Source: Dehalococcoidia bacterium (GTDB lineage: Bacteria > Chloroflexota > Dehalococcoidia > UBA2979). Taken from it: 64,000 nucleotides of DNA. The stretch is from contig OZ253555.1 in assembly GCA_965262725.1 (NCBI GenBank), positions 800,001 to 864,000 of the forward strand, read 5' to 3'. Each line of letters opens with the position of its first letter. The first letter of the stretch is position 1. The notes below the pieces were generated by a model. The model made no database searches. It had not been told where the DNA came from and worked only from the letters and a program-made list of their open reading frames with translations. Made by a program: the position numbers and the translations under genes. Below, piece after piece: positions 59,694-64,000 of the stretch.

Positions 59694-60638
59694 GTGATGG
59701 TGGCGCAGGGTGGGAGCGGATCCGGGGCGACGGGGGGAGCGGACGGTCCGATCGGCTACGTCGGACTCGGCATTATGGGCCTGCCCATGGTGCGGAACCT
59801 GCTTGGCGCCGGGTGGGCGGTCGTGGCATGGAATCGCTCGCCGTCGCGGCTGGCCGAGGCCGTCCGGGCGGGTGCCGAGGCGGTGAACTCGGCGGCGGAG
59901 GTGGCCGCCCGCGCGCGCGTCGTGATCGTGTGCGTCACCGCGAGCGCCGACGTCGAGGAGGTCGTGCTCGGAGCCGGCGGCGTCGCCGAGGGGCTGCGGC
60001 CGGGCACGGTGGTGGTCGACATGTCGACGATCTCGCCGTCGGTGACGCGCCGGCTCGCGGGGGTACTGGCCGATCGCGGTGCGACGCTGCTCGACGCGCC
60101 TGTCTCGGGCGGAGAGCAAGGCGCGGTGGCCGGGACGCTCTCGATCATGGTCGGCGGTCCCGCGGAGGCACTCGATCGCGTGCGGCCGCTGCTCGGCGCC
60201 CTGGGTGAGACGATTACGCACTGCGGTCCGGTCGGCAGCGGCCAGACGGTCAAGCTCTGCAACCAGGTGGCGGTGGCGCTGAACAACCTGGCGATGGCCG
60301 AGGCGCTGCTGCTCTGCGCCGGCTCCGGCGTGGACCCTCGCGTGATGCTGGCGGCGATTACACGGGGCGCGGCCGCGTCCTGGCAGCTCTCGAACCTCGG
60401 GCCGCGCATCGTCGAGCGCGACTTCTCGCCCGGCTTCAAGGTGTCGCTGCAGCAGAAGGACCTGCGCCTCGCCCTCGAGGCGGCGTCGGAGCTCTCGCTG
60501 CCGCTCGCCGGGACCTCGCTGGTGCATCAGCTCTTCGCAGCGGTCGAGCGCCGCTCCGGCGGCGATGCGGGAACGCAGGCGCTCGTCACGGTGCTGGAGG
60601 CGATCTCCGGCATCGATGTCGCGGCACAAAACGATTAG
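59694..60638 (+). CDS. Beta-hydroxyacid dehydrogenase (3-hydroxyisobutyrate / tartronate semialdehyde reductase family)
   Basis: VGLGIMGLPM, DMSTISP, DAPVSGG, KLCNQ and KDL. Confidence 0.92.
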   Translation: MMVAQGGSGSGATGGADGPIGYVGLGIMGLPMVRNLLGAGWAVVAWNRSPSRLAEAVRAGAEAVNSAAEVAARARVVIVCVTASADVEEVVLGAGGVAEGLRPGTVVVDMSTISPSVTRRLAGVLADRGATLLDAPVSGGEQGAVAGTLSIMVGGPAEALDRVRPLLGALGETITHCGPVGSGQTVKLCNQVAVALNNLAMAEALLLCAGSGVDPRVMLAAITRGAAASWQLSNLGPRIVERDFSPGFKVSLQQKDLRLALEAASELSLPLAGTSLVHQLFAAVERRSGGDAGTQALVTVLEAISGIDVAAQND

Positions 60639-60847
60639 GCGTTTACCCTCGTTACTAATTGATGTACGCTCACCCGGCCGGGCCCCGGTGGTGGCGAACG
60701 GCGTCGAGTGCACGAACGGGACGGCCGCGGTTCTGACCCACCGCGCTTCAACGCTCGCCGCTGCTCTCCCCGGGGCGACGAGATCGTGCTCGTTGCAGCC
60801 CTCGGTCGCCGATCCACCCCCGGCCGGCGGTGTACCGGCCGCGGCCG

Positions 60848-62089
60848 TCAGGCGCCGTCGCCGGCCGATCCGATCCGGATCGCCATGCTCCCGGGCTCAT
60901 GCCGGTTCTCGTGCATCAGCTGGTGGGCCTCGCCTATCTCTTCGAGGGGGAACGAGCGCGCCAGCACCGGCGTCACGCGGCCGTCGGTGACCAAGGCGTT
61001 GAGGGCGGCGCAGTCCTCGGGGTTCGCGAAGTGCGAGCCCTGGAGGCGCTTCTGGCGTACCCAGAGGTAGCGGAGGTCGACATCGGCGTTGTATCCGCTG
61101 GTTCCGCCGCAGATCACCACCATCCCCGCGGTGTCGCAGACGTAGATGGACGTGGGCAGCGTCGCCTCGCCGGGGTGCTCGAGCACGATGCGCGGCGCCC
61201 CGCTCCCGCCCATCGCTTCGCGCAGCGCCCGTCCGAAGGCGCGTGCGCCGCGCATCCACTCGCCGAACGCATCGGCGTCGTCGATGTTGGGCAGGCGGCC
61301 CCAGTGGTCGAACTCGCGGCGGTCGATGGCTCCCTCCGCGCCGAGCGCGCGGCAGAATGCCGCCTTCTCCTCGCCGGAGACGACGGCGACCGGTATTCCG
61401 CCGAGGGCGCGGGTGATCTGGATCGCCATCGATCCGAGCCCGCCCGCCCCTCCCCACACTAGGACGCCGTCGCCGGGCTGAACGGTGTGCGGCGGGAAGC
61501 CGGCGAGCTGCCGATAGGCGGTGGCACCGGTCAGCATGTACACCGACGCCTCCTCCCAGGTCAGGCCCGGGGGCTTCGGATAGCACTGGTACTGCTCCAC
61601 CCGCGCGAACTGCGCGAACGAGCCGAAGCTGACGTCGTAGCCCCAGATGCCGGCGCTCTGCGACCCCATCGGCCCGGCCGGGCCGTCGAGATCCTCCGCG
61701 GACTCGTCCCACACCCCGCAGGAGAGCACGACCTCATCGCCCGGGCGCAGTCCCGTTACTTCCTCGCCGACGGCCCACGCGATGCCGGCCCCGTCGGAGC
61801 CGCCGATGTGGTACTCCTCCGCGGCGCCGCGCCGCCGGGCGGCCGCGATGACGTCGACCGGGTGTCCGAGCGCCGCCCAGACGACGTCGTAGTTGACGCC
61901 CGCGGCCATCACGGCCACGAGCACCTGCCGCGGCCCGAGCGGCGGCACGGGGACCTGCTCGACGGCGAAGGCGTCGCGGGGCTCGCCGTAGCGATCCTGG
62001 CGGAGCGTGGCGGCGTGCATCAGGCGCGGCACCACGCCCGTGCGTGGCAACTCCCCGGCCGGCACGATTTCGGGGACGACACTCATCAA
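60848..62089 (-). CDS. ccr: Crotonyl-CoA carboxylase/reductase homologue with variant CO2 pocket
   Basis: VMAAGVNY, HIGGSDG, IWGY, SFAQF, LTWEEA, WGGAGGLG, VLEHPG and WVRQKRLQGSHFA. Confidence 0.85.
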   Translation of the reverse strand: MMSVVPEIVPAGELPRTGVVPRLMHAATLRQDRYGEPRDAFAVEQVPVPPLGPRQVLVAVMAAGVNYDVVWAALGHPVDVIAAARRRGAAEEYHIGGSDGAGIAWAVGEEVTGLRPGDEVVLSCGVWDESAEDLDGPAGPMGSQSAGIWGYDVSFGSFAQFARVEQYQCYPKPPGLTWEEASVYMLTGATAYRQLAGFPPHTVQPGDGVLVWGGAGGLGSMAIQITRALGGIPVAVVSGEEKAAFCRALGAEGAIDRREFDHWGRLPNIDDADAFGEWMRGARAFGRALREAMGGSGAPRIVLEHPGEATLPTSIYVCDTAGMVVICGGTSGYNADVDLRYLWVRQKRLQGSHFANPEDCAALNALVTDGRVTPVLARSFPLEEIGEAHQLMHENRHEPGSMAIRIGSAGDGA

Positions 62090-62198
62090 TGCTTCCTCTC
62101 GCCCGCAGCACTCCCGCCGATGCCGCAGCGTCTATGGTAGGCGGCGTTCGCGGGCGCTGCAGGCGCCGCCCGGGGCGCGCGCGGGAGGGAGCGGAGTG

Positions 62199-62702
62199 AT
62201 GCCTCCCGCAAGGCCGGGAGCCGGTGCGGCGGATGCGGACGGCGGACTCGGACCGCCCGCTGCGCGCATCCGCGCCCTGGCGCTCGCCGTCGTTCTCGAT
62301 CGCGACCACGCGCTCTTTGCCGAGGGGATCGACCCCGTCAAGGGCCAGCACTTCCTGCGCCCCCTCGGCGGCGAGATCGAGTTCGGGGAGCGCGCCGAGG
62401 CTGCTGCGGCGCGTGAGCTCCGCGAGGAACTCGCCCGCGAGGTGCGGGTGGGCGCGCTCCTGGGCGTCACCGAGAACCTCTTCGAGTATCGCGGCGGGCG
62501 GGGCCACGAGATCGTCTTTGAATTCGTGGCGGAGTGGTTGCCCGGCGCCGAGCCGCCAGATCTCGCGCCGCTCGTGGCCAGGGAGGGCGCCGCGACCTTC
62601 CAGGCCCGGTGGGTGCCCCTCGCGGAGATCCTCGGCGGGATGCACCGCGTCTACCCCGACGGACTGCCGGCGCGCCTCGCCGCGTGGCTCAACATCCTCT
62701 AG
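62199..62702 (+). CDS. Nudix hydrolase
   Basis: Nudix box GGEIEFGERAEAAAARELREEL, then ENLF and HEIVF. Confidence 0.88.
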   Translation: MPPARPGAGAADADGGLGPPAARIRALALAVVLDRDHALFAEGIDPVKGQHFLRPLGGEIEFGERAEAAAARELREELAREVRVGALLGVTENLFEYRGGRGHEIVFEFVAEWLPGAEPPDLAPLVAREGAATFQARWVPLAEILGGMHRVYPDGLPARLAAWLNIL

Positions 62703-62772
62703 CGGCGTCAGCCCGCACCGCGCGTCGTGGCGACGGGCATGGGGCGTGGCCCACCGGCGCGGGGCGCCGGCA

Positions 62773-64000
62773 CTACGTCGCCTCGGCCTCCTCCGGCGTG
62801 ATGTCGAGGGCGGCGATCGCCTCCGTCACCTCGGTGCGGACGCTCTCGATCTCCTCCGGCTCCGTGATACGCCGGCCGTTCTCGCTCTGCACGTAGAAGG
62901 TGTCGACGACCTCCGCGCCCCACGTGTCGACCTTGGCGAGGTAGATGTCCAGCGCGAGGCGGTTGAGCGCGCGCGCGATGGCGTAAAGGATCCCGGGCCG
63001 GTCGGCGACGCTGACCTCAACGATCGAATAGCGATCCGATCCTGTGTTGTCGACGCGGACGGTCGTCGCGATGCGGGGTGCGGCGGACTCATGAACGCGG
63101 CGCGCCTCCCCGTTCCGCGTGCGCGGGCGGTCCCCGTAGGTGGCTCGTGTCTGAATGAGCCTCTGCTCGATCGGGAATCGGCCAGCGAGCGCGAGCGGGA
63201 TGTTCCGCTCGATACGCTTCCAGCGCTCCGCGTCGATGCCGTGTCCGAGCGCGTCGTCGACGCTGACGACGTCGATGGCCCACCCGTCCTCCCGCGTGTA
63301 GCAGGCGCCGCCGAGCACCGTCGCGCTGTGCGCCGCTAGCGCGCCGGCGAGCGTGGCGAGAACGCCCGGGCGGTCGCGCGTGACGATGGTGAGGCGCTCG
63401 ACGCCTGCGGTGCGGCTCCGCGTGAGGGCGGTGTTGGTGGTTGCCGCCGCCGCGTTGTCGATCAGCGCGAGATGCGCGGCAATCTCGGCCGGCGGCGTAG
63501 TGAGGTACGGCGGCGGGAGCGCGTCGACGTGACGGCGCACGACCTCGCGCATCGGTCCGCCGTCCAGCGCCGCCACCGCCGCGATCGTCGCATCGCGGCG
63601 GGCCAGCTCGGCGTCGCCTGCGGCCTCCTCCCCTTCCCCCGCCTCGATTCGCGCCAGCACGCGGTGGTAGAGCAGCCGCATCAGCTGCGCCTTCCACTGT
63701 CCCCACGCCTCGGGCCCGGTCGCGCGGGCGTCGGCGACCGCGAGCACGTAGAGCAGGTGGAGCGTGCGAGCGTCGCCGACCGTCCGCGCCACCTCCGCGA
63801 TCACGCGGGCGTCGGCGATGTCGCGGCGTGTGGCGATGGTGGGGAGCAGTAGATGGTGGCGTACCGCCGCGATCAGCCGCCGGCTGCGCTCCGCGTCGAG
63901 CCGCAGTCGTCGGGCGACGCGTTCGGCGATCGTGGCGCCGGCCTCGGCGTGATCGCCGACGTCGCCCTTCCCGATGTCGTGGAGCAGCGCGGCGAGCAGC
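62773..64000 (-). CDS. glnD: [Protein-PII] uridylyltransferase, C-terminal part (HD plus two ACT domains; runs off the right edge)
   Basis: LLHDIGKG..DH, HHLLL..ATRRD, ADARATGP..W..WK, DRPGVLA, DRPGILY and VVDTFYV. Confidence 0.93.
   Translation of the reverse strand, partial: LLAALLHDIGKGDVGDHAEAGATIAERVARRLRLDAERSRRLIAAVRHHLLLPTIATRRDIADARVIAEVARTVGDARTLHLLYVLAVADARATGPEAWGQWKAQLMRLLYHRVLARIEAGEGEEAAGDAELARRDATIAAVAALDGGPMREVVRRHVDALPPPYLTTPPAEIAAHLALIDNAAAATTNTALTRSRTAGVERLTIVTRDRPGVLATLAGALAAHSATVLGGACYTREDGWAIDVVSVDDALGHGIDAERWKRIERNIPLALAGRFPIEQRLIQTRATYGDRPRTRNGEARRVHESAAPRIATTVRVDNTGSDRYSIVEVSVADRPGILYAIARALNRLALDIYLAKVDTWGAEVVDTFYVQSENGRRITEPEEIESVRTEVTEAIAALDITPEEAEAT

Overview
GC-rich bacterial chromosomal segment. 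Gene content and protein style suggest Chloroflexota, possibly Dehalococcoidia-like; this is an inference from reading the sequence, not a search result. From left to right: the 5' part of ilvB with a candidate branched-chain amino acid leader peptide; a small decayed accessory patch (NodB fragment, Gmad2 lipoprotein, frameshifted XRE gene); an intact IS21 element (2926-5528) with a 7-bp target duplication; a DUF3179 / geranylgeranyl reductase / ilvE block; uppP followed by three coupled SDRs, two of which lack catalytic residues. Next comes a ~13.6-kb co-oriented acyl-CoA module: two crotonases, two membrane Rieske-fold proteins missing most of their Fe-S ligands, a CoA ligase, a FadF/EMO-like membrane Fe-S oxidoreductase, etfBA, coaE, and a NorQ/CbbQ ATPase with a 1088-aa repeat-bearing VWA adaptor and no known client nearby. 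The right half holds cinA, moxR-DUF58-DUF4129, murI-pyrF, DUF151, a complete F1Fo atp operon, an Asp-type murA, mreB, rex, DehI-like, SCO1664-like and IMPase genes, DUF35 plus a thiolase-fold protein, a Cys-rich membrane microprotein, a Ccr homologue with an altered CO2 pocket, a Nudix gene and the 3' part of glnD. No rRNA, tRNA or CRISPR array was seen. The strongest novelty candidates are the ligand-substituted Rieske pair with the orphan NorQ/VWA pair in the ETF module, the pseudoenzyme SDR trio, the Ccr variant and the metallothionein-like microprotein. All family assignments come from motif recognition by eye.
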